This document shows positions 8,761-17,309 of a stretch of 52,563 bases of DNA, piece after piece; within the stretch, counting starts at the first letter, position 1, and each line of letters opens with the position of its first letter. The notes beneath the pieces were generated by a model. The model was not told the DNA's origin. It ran no database searches and saw only the letters and a list, made by a program, of their open reading frames with translations. The position numbers and the translations under genes were made by a program. Origin of the DNA: Planctomycetaceae bacterium (lineage in GTDB: Bacteria; Planctomycetota; Planctomycetia; Planctomycetales; Planctomycetaceae); assembly GCA_050183395.1 (NCBI GenBank), contig JBFXBJ010000001.1, forward strand, positions 1 to 52,563, given 5' to 3'.

Positions 8761-11592
8761 ATGACAAGCTTGTTTGAGAAACGCGACCGCTGGGGAAACG
8801 GGGTCTCCCTGTGGATCTTCGCCGGCTTGCTGTTCGCGGTGCCGATGGTCGCGTTGGCGCTCACGCGCATTCGCATGACCAACGACGTGGAAAGCTGGCT
8901 GCCGAAGCACGACCGCGACGCGCGCATCCTCGGCTGGTTCAAGCAGCACTTCCCGGCGGAGGACCGCGTGTTCGTGACCTGGGCGGGGAGTTCGCTGCAT
9001 GACCCGCGCGTGGATCAACTCGTACGGAAATTCACCGGAACAGTCGAAGAGGATGGCGTTCGCAGGAACGGTTCACCGCTGATGGCGTCGGTGGTCACGG
9101 CCGCCGGCATTTACGGGAAGCTGATCGACTACGGTGTGGAACCGGACGAAGCCGTCGACCGGCTGACCGGTACGCTGATCGGCAGCGGGCTGATCAACGT
9201 GCGGCTGAGTGCGGCCGGACGCGCCCAACGGGCGCACGTGGTCAAACAACTTGCCTCGCTGGCAAGAACCGAGTTGGGAATCACTCTGGAGGTTATTGCG
9301 CCGAGCGATCAGCGGCCGGCGGACATTCATGCGGCGGACCAATATGTCGTTGCGGTCAATGGAGGCGACGGGACTGCACTTGAGTCCGAACCGACTGAAT
9401 CCATCGCCTTGCCGGAGTTCGCCGTTCCCGCGCACGATTTTCGGGTCAAGTGGACGGGGATGGAGCCGTGGTCGACGAAGACCGCCCGGTTCTGCCGGCT
9501 CGCTGCGGAGATGCGCGGCGCCGCGACGCAGGCGGAGCCGCTGGGCGTCCCGTTGATCGACGCCTGTTTTCAGTCGCCGGGTTCTCCTGTGGGCATGCTG
9601 GTGACGTTGTCCGAAGCAGGCCGGGCGGATGAAGCGGGCGTTGTGCGGGAGATTCGGACAGCGGCGGCGGCGGTCGGTATTCCGGATGAGGAACTGTTTC
9701 TGGGCGGGCGGGCGGTCACGGCCTCAGAACTCAACGAGGCGGTGAAACGCTCGTTCTGGAACTCCTCATGCGGATCGTGGTGGCCGCATCGCCGGTCGGT
9801 GATGATGTTATCCGGAGCCATCGGCATCGGACTGGCGTTCGTGTTTCTGCGGAGTGTGCGGCTGGGTCTTCTGGTGCTCACGGTGTCCTACTTCTCCACG
9901 CTGGTCAGCACGGCGCTGGTCCCGGCGGCGGGGGACAGCCTGAACATGGTGCTGATGGTGATGCCGACGCTTTTGAACGTGCTCACGCTGTCGGGGGCCA
10001 TTCATGTGGCGAACTACTGGAAGCATGCGGCGATCGAGGACCCGCGAACGGCGATCGTCCGGGCGGTGGAGATGGCCCGGCAACCGTGTGCCCTGGCGAG
10101 TATCACGACGGCGATCGGCCTGATCTCCCTGCTGACGAGCGATCTCGGGCCGGTGCGGCAGTTCGGAACCTATTCGGCAATCGGCTGTCTCGTTGCGCTG
10201 GTGATGGTGCTGTATGTTCTGCCGGCGCTGCTGCAATTGTGGCCGGCGCCGGCGCCGCAGCCGCGTGAAATCGACTCCCTGTTCTGGAAGGCGTTTGGAG
10301 GATTCTTGTCGCGGCACGGCGCAGGGGTCACCAGCGCGTGCCTGGTCCTGTTTTGCGTGTGTACCTACGGACTTGTGCACTTCAAAGCCGAGACGAAGGT
10401 GATCCGTTACTTTCCCCCCAACGCCCGTGTGGTCCGGGACAGCGAAGCCATTGAGCAAAGTCTCGCGGGAATCTCGTCCATCGAGACCGTCGTGCGGTTC
10501 GATCAGCAGATCCAGCAGAAGACGTCGTTCTTGGAGCGATTGGAGATTGTTCGCCATGTGGGGCGCGCGATCCGCGAGCATCCGCAGATCAGCGGGGTGA
10601 TCTCGCTTGCAGATTTTCAACCGGTGATCGAGGCGCCGCCGCAGGACGCGGCGACGTTCGCGAAAATCAAGTACAACCGTCGCTCCAGTGAGGCGGAGCG
10701 CCGCGTCAAGTCGGACGAAGAGGAAGGGACCCGGGCGTTTCTCGCGGTCGCCAAGGACGCCGCGGATCTGTCCGCGCCGGGGGATCTGGGGCTCAATCAA
10801 GCCGGTGACGAGTTGTGGCGGGTGACCGGACAGGCGGGGATGATCAGCGACACGAACTTTCGCCACCTGACGGAAGAACTTGATTCGCGGGTGCAGGCCG
10901 TCCTGGCATCACATCCGGGAACTCATCACGTTGTGACCGGAACGGTGCCGCTGTTTCTGCGGACCCAGATGGCAGTCCTGGAAAGTCTGATCAGCAGTTT
11001 CGGCCTGGCGTTCGTGATCATCGCGCTGGTGATGATTGTTCAACTCCGCAGTGTCACGGCGGGCCTGTTGAGCATGCTGCCGAACTTGATGCCGGTGGGA
11101 ACCGTCTTCGGCCTGCTGGCCTGGAGCGGCGAGCGGGTTGATGTGGGGTCGATGGTGACAGCCTCGGTGGCGCTGGGCATCGCCGTCGACGGAACGCTGC
11201 ATCTGCTGACGTGGTTTCAGGACGGCATCCGGCGAGGGATGACGCGGCGGCAGGCGGTCGTCGAATCGCTGTCGCACTGCGGACCGGCCATGTGGCAGAC
11301 GAGCGCTGCGGTCGGTTTGGCGCTCTTGATGTTGTTTCCGGCCGAATTGTTGATGATCAGCCGTTTCGGCTGGCTGATGGCGGCGCTGATCGGCGCCGCG
11401 CTGTTCGGAGATGTCGTGTTCCTGCCGGCGCTGTTGACCGGCCCGCTGGGGTTCCTGATCGAGCGTACGGTCCGCCGGCAGGCGGCTAATTCCACACCGG
11501 TTTCGGCCATGCCGGCCGTCGTGCCGACGTCGCATCCGCATTTCGGCCGCACGAAGCGCCCGGTCCGGGCGGCGGCGCGTGATCCGTGGTGA
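8761..11592 (+). CDS. MMPL/RND-superfamily transporter (943 aa; two 6-TM bundles each preceded by a large soluble domain)
   Basis: Two blocks of multiple hydrophobic helices (about aa 340-520 and 760-910) have the duplicated architecture of MMPL/HpnN-like exporters. Confidence 0.85.
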   Translation: MTSLFEKRDRWGNGVSLWIFAGLLFAVPMVALALTRIRMTNDVESWLPKHDRDARILGWFKQHFPAEDRVFVTWAGSSLHDPRVDQLVRKFTGTVEEDGVRRNGSPLMASVVTAAGIYGKLIDYGVEPDEAVDRLTGTLIGSGLINVRLSAAGRAQRAHVVKQLASLARTELGITLEVIAPSDQRPADIHAADQYVVAVNGGDGTALESEPTESIALPEFAVPAHDFRVKWTGMEPWSTKTARFCRLAAEMRGAATQAEPLGVPLIDACFQSPGSPVGMLVTLSEAGRADEAGVVREIRTAAAAVGIPDEELFLGGRAVTASELNEAVKRSFWNSSCGSWWPHRRSVMMLSGAIGIGLAFVFLRSVRLGLLVLTVSYFSTLVSTALVPAAGDSLNMVLMVMPTLLNVLTLSGAIHVANYWKHAAIEDPRTAIVRAVEMARQPCALASITTAIGLISLLTSDLGPVRQFGTYSAIGCLVALVMVLYVLPALLQLWPAPAPQPREIDSLFWKAFGGFLSRHGAGVTSACLVLFCVCTYGLVHFKAETKVIRYFPPNARVVRDSEAIEQSLAGISSIETVVRFDQQIQQKTSFLERLEIVRHVGRAIREHPQISGVISLADFQPVIEAPPQDAATFAKIKYNRRSSEAERRVKSDEEEGTRAFLAVAKDAADLSAPGDLGLNQAGDELWRVTGQAGMISDTNFRHLTEELDSRVQAVLASHPGTHHVVTGTVPLFLRTQMAVLESLISSFGLAFVIIALVMIVQLRSVTAGLLSMLPNLMPVGTVFGLLAWSGERVDVGSMVTASVALGIAVDGTLHLLTWFQDGIRRGMTRRQAVVESLSHCGPAMWQTSAAVGLALLMLFPAELLMISRFGWLMAALIGAALFGDVVFLPALLTGPLGFLIERTVRRQAANSTPVSAMPAVVPTSHPHFGRTKRPVRAAARDPW

Positions 11593-11650
11593 GCAGGCTG
11601 GGTCGGCAACGCTGAAAATCATGTGCAAATTCAAGTGTCGAAGGATGGGC

Positions 11651-11673
11651 GCGGCCTTCCACGGCAAGGCCGC
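11651..11673 (+). terminator. GC-rich hairpin downstream of the MMPL gene (possible terminator)
   Basis: GCGGCCTT-CCACGGC-AAGGCCGC forms a perfect 8-bp stem about 60 nt after the stop. There is no U-tract, so this is weak. Confidence 0.3.
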
Positions 11674-11736
11674 TCCCGCTTGCCCGTCATGCGCATACGT
11701 GCATTTCTTTTGCATGACCGCCAACGGAATCTCCGG

Positions 11737-11765
11737 TCGTCAATTGTCGAATTGACTCCTATAAT
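11737..11765 (+). promoter_or_regulatory. candidate sigma70-type promoter for the groES-like gene
   Basis: A perfect TATAAT at 11760-11765 lies in a locally AT-rich stretch. TCGTCA sits 17 nt upstream. The spacer contains the palindrome TCAATT-GTCG-AATTGA (11740-11755). Confidence 0.35.
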
Positions 11766-11849
11766 GCTGGTGAGCAACAGCAAGCTATGTCAGCAATCCG
11801 CCGCTCGACTTGCTTGTCAGCACCGGCAGGCGGAGAGGAGACGAGCAGA

Positions 11850-12203
11850 ATGAACGAGTTTGTAGAGCCTCTGGGCCCGCGCATCCTGATTCGCAAAGAT
11901 GAAAGCCGTCAAAAGACCCGCGGCGGCATCGTGCTGCCCGATCAGGCGGAGATCCCGACCATTACCGGCCGCGTCGTCGAAATCAGCGTCGAAGTGGCGA
12001 ACGACGAGGAGTTTCCGGTCCGCAAATACGACAAGGTCCTGTTCCACCCCAAGCATGCGATTCCGGTCGACTTTGAATCGGATAATCTGCTGTATGTCGT
12101 GCCGATCGACGACGTCGTCGCCGTCTTTCGGAAGTCGGGAGCAAACGCCGTGACGGGACGGGACGACGACGTTTCAGCGGAGTTCGACGAGGAGTTGGAC
12201 TGA
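11850..12203 (+). CDS. groES: co-chaperonin GroES (Cpn10)-like protein with an acidic C-terminal tail
   Basis: PLGPRILIRKDE...KTRGGIVLPDQA...GRVVE...KYDKVLF...DDVVAVF follows the GroES pattern. ATG 11850 is preceded by GGAGAGGAG. No groEL follows. Confidence 0.8.
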   Translation: MNEFVEPLGPRILIRKDESRQKTRGGIVLPDQAEIPTITGRVVEISVEVANDEEFPVRKYDKVLFHPKHAIPVDFESDNLLYVVPIDDVVAVFRKSGANAVTGRDDDVSAEFDEELD

Positions 12204-12272
12204 ACCTCCGGGCTGGCGCGGAAAGGTGACGACGGAGTCAGGCGGCCCCTGGGATGTCAAGGATGAAATGGC

Positions 12273-12719
12273 ATGGGATTCGAGCAGGAAGTCGCGGTGG
12301 AAGAATCGCCGCTGATCGTTCGGGGGGCGACGGCGGGCGATCTGCCGCTCGTCGAGGCGCTGATCGAGCCGTTCGTCGCAGAAGGGCGGCTGCTGCCGCG
12401 GACGACGGAAGAGCTTCATGTTCTGCTGCCGAGCGGGTTCGTGGCGTGGTGCGACGGCCGCCTGGTCGGTTTTGCCGCGCTCGAGGTCTACTCTCCCAAA
12501 CTGGCGGAGTTACGCAGTCTCGCCGTGCTGGATGCCTACCGCGGGCGCGGAATCGGCCGGCGGCTCGTGGAAGCGTGCCTGCGTTTGGCTGCGGACCGGC
12601 GGGTCTTCGAGGTGATGGTGGTCACGTCCGAAGACCGCTTCTTTCAGGGCTGCGGGTTCGACTTTACGCTCCCGGGCGAAAAGAAGGCCCTGTTCTTTCC
12701 GGTGCGTGAGAAGCACTGA
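12273..12719 (+). CDS. GNAT family N-acetyltransferase (resembles the ArgA C-terminal domain)
   Basis: Acetyl-CoA-binding motif YRGRGIGRRLVEA. The overall pattern LLPRT...ELRSLAVLDAY...FFQGCGF resembles short N-acetylglutamate-synthase-like GNATs. Confidence 0.85.
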   Translation: MGFEQEVAVEESPLIVRGATAGDLPLVEALIEPFVAEGRLLPRTTEELHVLLPSGFVAWCDGRLVGFAALEVYSPKLAELRSLAVLDAYRGRGIGRRLVEACLRLAADRRVFEVMVVTSEDRFFQGCGFDFTLPGEKKALFFPVREKH

Positions 12720-12867
12720 GTGCCGGTTGCCGCTCTTCCGAGCCGGGAGCGTCAAGCGACCGGTCGAAGGTGGGTGACGTCCCTTCGCTGACACTCCGGC
12801 TTTTTGAATGAACCGTCCGGAGGCGCCTGCGGGACTCCGGCCGCGATCTGAGTCAAGGCGCTGCCCG

Positions 12868-13368
12868 TCAGTTGACGAGCGTGACTCGTCCCATCCGGAA
12901 GGTAATCGAGGCGCTGAGTGACTGGCCCTGGAGAAAGTAACCGGAAATCGTGCTCACCTCTTCGTAAGGCACATTCGCATTGATGGTGAATAACTCGAGG
13001 TAGTTGTCCGGATCTTCCAGGTCAAAGGTCTCTCCGGCGGACGGACCGTCGGCATGCACGATGGTCAGCGTCACCTCGGTCCCAGGAATCCGTGAGGCCG
13101 TCAGCATGTTGCGGATGTCCTGAAGCACCTTGTCGTTCGCCGTTTCATTCGGCGCCAGCATCGTACTCCAGTCCTGACTGGCGAGGCGTCCGCCTTCGCG
13201 GAGCGCTCCGTACAGCGTGTTCGAGGCGTTCAGTGCATAACCCAATTCGACCGATCCCAGCGTGAGGATCAGGAACACGGGCGCCATCACGGCGAATTCA
13301 ACGACTGCCGCGCCGCGGCGGCTCTCGCGCTGTGAGTGGGTCGAACGAGTCATGGAATGTCGACGCAT
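12868..13368 (-). CDS. TadE-like (Flp pilus pseudopilin-like) protein
   Basis: The N-terminal RRGAAVVEFAVMAPVFLILTLGSVELG is the TadE signature. The start is taken at the internal ATG 13368 (alternative 13353); the ORF track extends to 13470. Confidence 0.75.
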   Translation of the reverse strand: MRRHSMTRSTHSQRESRRGAAVVEFAVMAPVFLILTLGSVELGYALNASNTLYGALREGGRLASQDWSTMLAPNETANDKVLQDIRNMLTASRIPGTEVTLTIVHADGPSAGETFDLEDPDNYLELFTINANVPYEEVSTISGYFLQGQSLSASITFRMGRVTLVN

Positions 13369-13418
13369 GGTGGAGCTCGGAGACGGCTGTGGAAACGGAT
13401 AGTCTGTCGGTCGGCCGG

Positions 13419-13898
13419 TTATTCGTGCCGCATGACCGCCATGCCTGACAACGTGATGCCCTGGACCCAAAACGGCGGGAGGATCGCCACGTCGTTATAC
13501 GGGACTTCGATGCGGACGATAAACAATTGCCGCGATTCGGCCTCTGAGACTTCGATGTCTGGCAGTCCGGTGTAGTCCAGGCCCGTGGGGTCAAAGCCGC
13601 TGACGTCGAACGAGGACCCGTCCTTGACGTACACGGTCGCTCCGACGGGATTGAATGCGGCCGAGAAAACAGCGTCCGCTTTGGCGGTCACGTCGGCGGT
13701 CGTCTTGCCGTCCACGACTCCGATGCGGGCGGCCTGCTTGGCGGCTGAGTTGAGGACCTGCATCACCATGTACGCATGGCCGGCCTCCATCAGTCCGGCC
13801 ATGAAGATGCCAAACACCGGCAGCACGACCGCCATTTCGACGACCGTGGCGCCACGTTTCTCGCGTGGCCTTCCGGCGAAGCTCATACGACGCATCAT
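13419..13898 (-). CDS. TadE-like (Flp pilus pseudopilin-like) protein
   Basis: KRGATVVEMAVVLPVFGIFMAGLMEAG TadE signature. The start is taken at the internal ATG 13898; the ORF track extends to 13946. Confidence 0.75.
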   Translation of the reverse strand: MMRRMSFAGRPREKRGATVVEMAVVLPVFGIFMAGLMEAGHAYMVMQVLNSAAKQAARIGVVDGKTTADVTAKADAVFSAAFNPVGATVYVKDGSSFDVSGFDPTGLDYTGLPDIEVSEAESRQLFIVRIEVPYNDVAILPPFWVQGITLSGMAVMRHE

Positions 13899-14173
13899 CG
13901 GACAAACCCCATCAACTGTCGGTGAAACCGAGTCACACGCGTCCACCGGTCGACGAGCGCGGTGCGCGCTGACGATAGGGACGTCACTCCTTCAGTTTCC
14001 ATGATTGTGGGCCGACAGCGGGGACGGCTGCGGCTGAGATGCACCTCGAACACGGACGGATTCCGCCACGCGAGGGAGTCTCGTAGGAAGATTAGTTCAG
14101 GATTTGCCGCCCGGCGGCGAATTTCTCCGCAACAACAGTCAGAACCTTTGCGCCGCGCCCTTTTCGCTTGCCA

Positions 14174-16906
14174 TCAATCGAGATAGAGAAATTCGTTCAG
14201 ATTGAATGCCGTCAGACAGAACGCTTCGAGCGAAGCCTTCTCGCTCCAGCCGTGCTCGGTCTCAAGTGCTGTTCGCAGTTCGACGCCCCGGGCGACGTCG
14301 CGATCCGCCGGTCCCCGTTGGGTCACGCGGCGAAGGACGAGCCGCACTTGGGCTGCGCGGTCGTCACCGGCATTCCGTTGGGCGAACGCGGCCAGAATCC
14401 TGGCCTGTTCACTCAGGAACGTGCTGTTGAGCATGCCGAGGGCTTGCGTGGGCTGAGTCGTTGCAAACCGGACCGGGCAGGTGAAGTCCGTATCGGGGGC
14501 GTCGAACGACGCGAGGATGGGGACGCTCAAGGACCGCTTGATATGAATGTAGATGCTGCGGCGCCGGACGTCTTCGTCGCTCGACGCGCCCCAGCCCTGT
14601 CCGGGACGCGACTGGCCCGCCAGGACCTCGGGCGGGATGGCCGGGTAGATGCTGGGTCCGAACCGCTTGGCGGTATTCAAACTGCCGTTCACCGCCAGCA
14701 TGGAGTCCCGCACTTCTTCGGCTCGCAACCGCCGCATGTCGAATCGAGAAAACAGATCGTTCTGCGGATCGGCCGCGAGCGGAGAGGAGAGGGCGGAGGG
14801 GGGAGAGCCGAGACCCGAGAGGGGAGGGCTTCGCGATGTTGGCGTTTCAAATGTGACCGATGCATCGAGACGCGGCGAGCTGATCGGTGCGGTGTCTGAT
14901 CCGCCGTTGCGCTCTGCTTCCGAGTGCTTGCTCTCCCCTCTCCCCTCTCCGCCCTCCGCTGTTATTTCCCCGCTCTCCCCGCGCGACGACATGCGATACG
15001 TATTCGACATCAGAATCAGTCGGTGCATCGCCTTCAGGCTCCAGCCGCGCGCGACAAACTCGGCGGCAAGCCAATCCAACAGTTCCGGGTGGGTCGGAGC
15101 AGTGCCTTGCAGTCCGAAATTGTTGGGTGAGCGGACGATTCCCCGGCCGAAGTGCCCTTGCCAGATGCGGTTGATCATCACGCGGGCGGTCAGCGGGTTG
15201 CCCGGCGCGGCGATCCAGTCGGCAAGAGCGCGGCGTCGTCCGCTGCTTTCATTGTGCGCGGGACGCTGGATGATCGGATCGGGCGCCGAGAGGACCGCGG
15301 GAAAACCTGGCACAACCTCGTCCCCTTCGACGTGCGGGTTGCCGCGGACCAGTACATGCGTGGGCGCCGGTTCGGCTCCCTGTTCCTTGACGGCGAGCAC
15401 GAGCGAAATCGCCTGCGGAGGATCGGCTTCCAACTTGGCCAGCGTGGACTTGTTCCGTTCATACTGCTGAAATGCCGCCTCGTCGAGCAGTCGGCCGACG
15501 CCTCGCCGGAGAATGTCCAGCCGGGAGCTGACGTCCTGGAAATCGTCCTTCTCGCCCCCTTCGAGGAGAGGCATCGCCTTGTCTTCCGTTCGGCGAATTT
15601 GTGCTGCGAGTTCCGACACATGGCGTTCGTAATCCGCCGCCTGCCGTTCATAGTCGGCGGCTTCCTCGGGCAGAACGACTTTGCGAACAGACGCTTCCAC
15701 GACCGATTCATCCGAGCGTTTCCCGTAGTGCCGGATATTGCGAAAGAACGCCGTGAAGCGGTAGTAATCGACCTGGGGAATCGGATCGAGCTTGTGGTCA
15801 TGACAGCGGGCGCAGTTCAGCGTCAGTCCGAGAAATGCCTGCGCGGTCGTGGCGGCGATGTCGTCCAGCCCGTCATAGAAGGCGAGCAGCGGATCCGCCG
15901 GTTCGTCGTCCCAGAGCCCGAGGCGATAGAACCCGGTGGCGATGATCGATTCCGGTGTGATCTCATCCAGTTCGTCTCCGGCCAGTTGTTCGCGGATGAA
16001 TTGGTCATACGGTTTGTCGTTGTTGAGCGAGCGGATAACGTAATCGCGATACCGCCAGACGTACGGCTTCGGGTTATCCCGCTCGAAACTGTTCGACTCC
16101 GCATACCGCACGAGGTCCAGCCAGGCGCGGGCCCCCTGTTCGCCGTAGTGCGGCGAGTTGAGCAGCCGTTCGACGAGTTTCTCGTAGGCGTCGAGCGACT
16201 CGTCGGCGACAAACGCGTCGACTTCCTCAGGGGTCGGCGGCAATCCGGTCAGATCATAGGTGACGCGCCGCATCAGGGCTTGCGGATCGGCGGGCGGCGC
16301 CGGAGTGAGCCCGGCCTGTTCGAGACGCGCCAGAATGAAGGCGTCGATCGGATTGGCGACCCACGCGCCGTTCTTCACCGCCGGAACCGGCGGACGTTCG
16401 ACCGGCTGGAAAGCCCAGTGGCGCCTGGTCTCGTCGTTCACCTGCGGGGGCTGATGGGCCTTGTCGTCCTGAAGCTGCGATTCGCCGGCCGCCGGCAGGG
16501 GCAGCCCCTTCTCGACCCATTGCCGCAAAATGGCAATCTGTTCCTCGGCAAGCTTGCCGCCGGGAGGCATTTCATAGCTTTGGTAGTTGACCGCCTCCAG
16601 CAGCAGACTCGCGTCAATTTCCCGGAGATCGACGGCCGGTCCGCTGTCGCCTCCCTGCAGGATGGCGTCCCGGGAAGTGAGCCGCAGTCCGCCTTTTACC
16701 TTGCCCAGACTGTGGCATTTGTAGCAATGCGCTTGCAGCAGCGGCTGCACGCGGTCATTGTAAAATTGGACGTCCGCCGTCGTGAAATCTACATTCGACG
16801 CGGACGTCTGGACTTCGCCGGCTGGGGCGGATGGAACCACCACGCAAACTGGGACGACGGCTGCGAGCAGCATTCGAGCGATTTTGACGGTCAACCTCAG
16901 CGGCAT
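14174..16906 (-). CDS. PSCyt1 (CxxCH) + DUF1549 + DUF1553 family protein
   Basis: Signal peptide MPLRLTVKIARMLLAAVVPVCVV and heme-type CYKCHS. Also CARCHDHKLDPI, NRIWQGHFGRGIV...HPELLDWLA, and C-terminal FDAPD...LNLNEFLYLD. The ORF track start is 16969; ATG 16906 gives the signal peptide. Confidence 0.9.
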   Translation of the reverse strand: MPLRLTVKIARMLLAAVVPVCVVVPSAPAGEVQTSASNVDFTTADVQFYNDRVQPLLQAHCYKCHSLGKVKGGLRLTSRDAILQGGDSGPAVDLREIDASLLLEAVNYQSYEMPPGGKLAEEQIAILRQWVEKGLPLPAAGESQLQDDKAHQPPQVNDETRRHWAFQPVERPPVPAVKNGAWVANPIDAFILARLEQAGLTPAPPADPQALMRRVTYDLTGLPPTPEEVDAFVADESLDAYEKLVERLLNSPHYGEQGARAWLDLVRYAESNSFERDNPKPYVWRYRDYVIRSLNNDKPYDQFIREQLAGDELDEITPESIIATGFYRLGLWDDEPADPLLAFYDGLDDIAATTAQAFLGLTLNCARCHDHKLDPIPQVDYYRFTAFFRNIRHYGKRSDESVVEASVRKVVLPEEAADYERQAADYERHVSELAAQIRRTEDKAMPLLEGGEKDDFQDVSSRLDILRRGVGRLLDEAAFQQYERNKSTLAKLEADPPQAISLVLAVKEQGAEPAPTHVLVRGNPHVEGDEVVPGFPAVLSAPDPIIQRPAHNESSGRRRALADWIAAPGNPLTARVMINRIWQGHFGRGIVRSPNNFGLQGTAPTHPELLDWLAAEFVARGWSLKAMHRLILMSNTYRMSSRGESGEITAEGGEGRGESKHSEAERNGGSDTAPISSPRLDASVTFETPTSRSPPLSGLGSPPSALSSPLAADPQNDLFSRFDMRRLRAEEVRDSMLAVNGSLNTAKRFGPSIYPAIPPEVLAGQSRPGQGWGASSDEDVRRRSIYIHIKRSLSVPILASFDAPDTDFTCPVRFATTQPTQALGMLNSTFLSEQARILAAFAQRNAGDDRAAQVRLVLRRVTQRGPADRDVARGVELRTALETEHGWSEKASLEAFCLTAFNLNEFLYLD
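14777..14980. repeat. imperfect inverted-repeat, purine-rich/pyrimidine-rich element embedded in frame in the DUF1553 gene
   Basis: The left arm agcggagaggagagggcggaggggggagag (from 14778) matches the reverse complement of ctctcccctctcccctctccgccctccgct (14931-14960) at 24 of 30 positions by hand alignment. A nested accgat/atcggt pair lies in the centre. Confidence 0.5.
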
Positions 16907-17309
16907 TGGTTCACTTGCCCTCCCTCCTGCGACTTTACGGAACGCGGCACGGAAGATGCAATACCTCAAACCCCTGTCCGACGAGGCGTCGACCGTTCGC
17001 CGCAGACCCTGGGACCGAAACCGTTCTTGACAGTTTCAGCCGGAAACTCCATCCTCCGCACCATCGGGAGGGGGGGCGGCCGGTGCGGAAGCGTCGGGCG
17101 GAACCATTCAGCGCAAGGGGACGGGGCGGGGCGTCGGCGCCTGGAAGGGCGCCCGAGGCTTTCGGAAAGACGTGAATGGGCAGACGGTTTCCCCTGCAGA
17201 AAACACCATTCCGTATGTTGCGGAAACGATGTTGCCAGACCGGTGTTCGGAGTGTTCAATCAGTCGACGGAGCACGTCCGGCACTTTCAAATTCCAAGGA
17301 GAACGAAGC

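Noticed and set aside
12273-12719. The GNAT gene downstream of a small gene, considered as a GNAT-toxin/antitoxin pair.
   Set aside because: The upstream gene is a clear GroES homologue, not an RHH/DUF1778-type antitoxin. The GNAT resembles the ArgA-type amino-acid acetyltransferase domain rather than the TacT/AtaT toxins.
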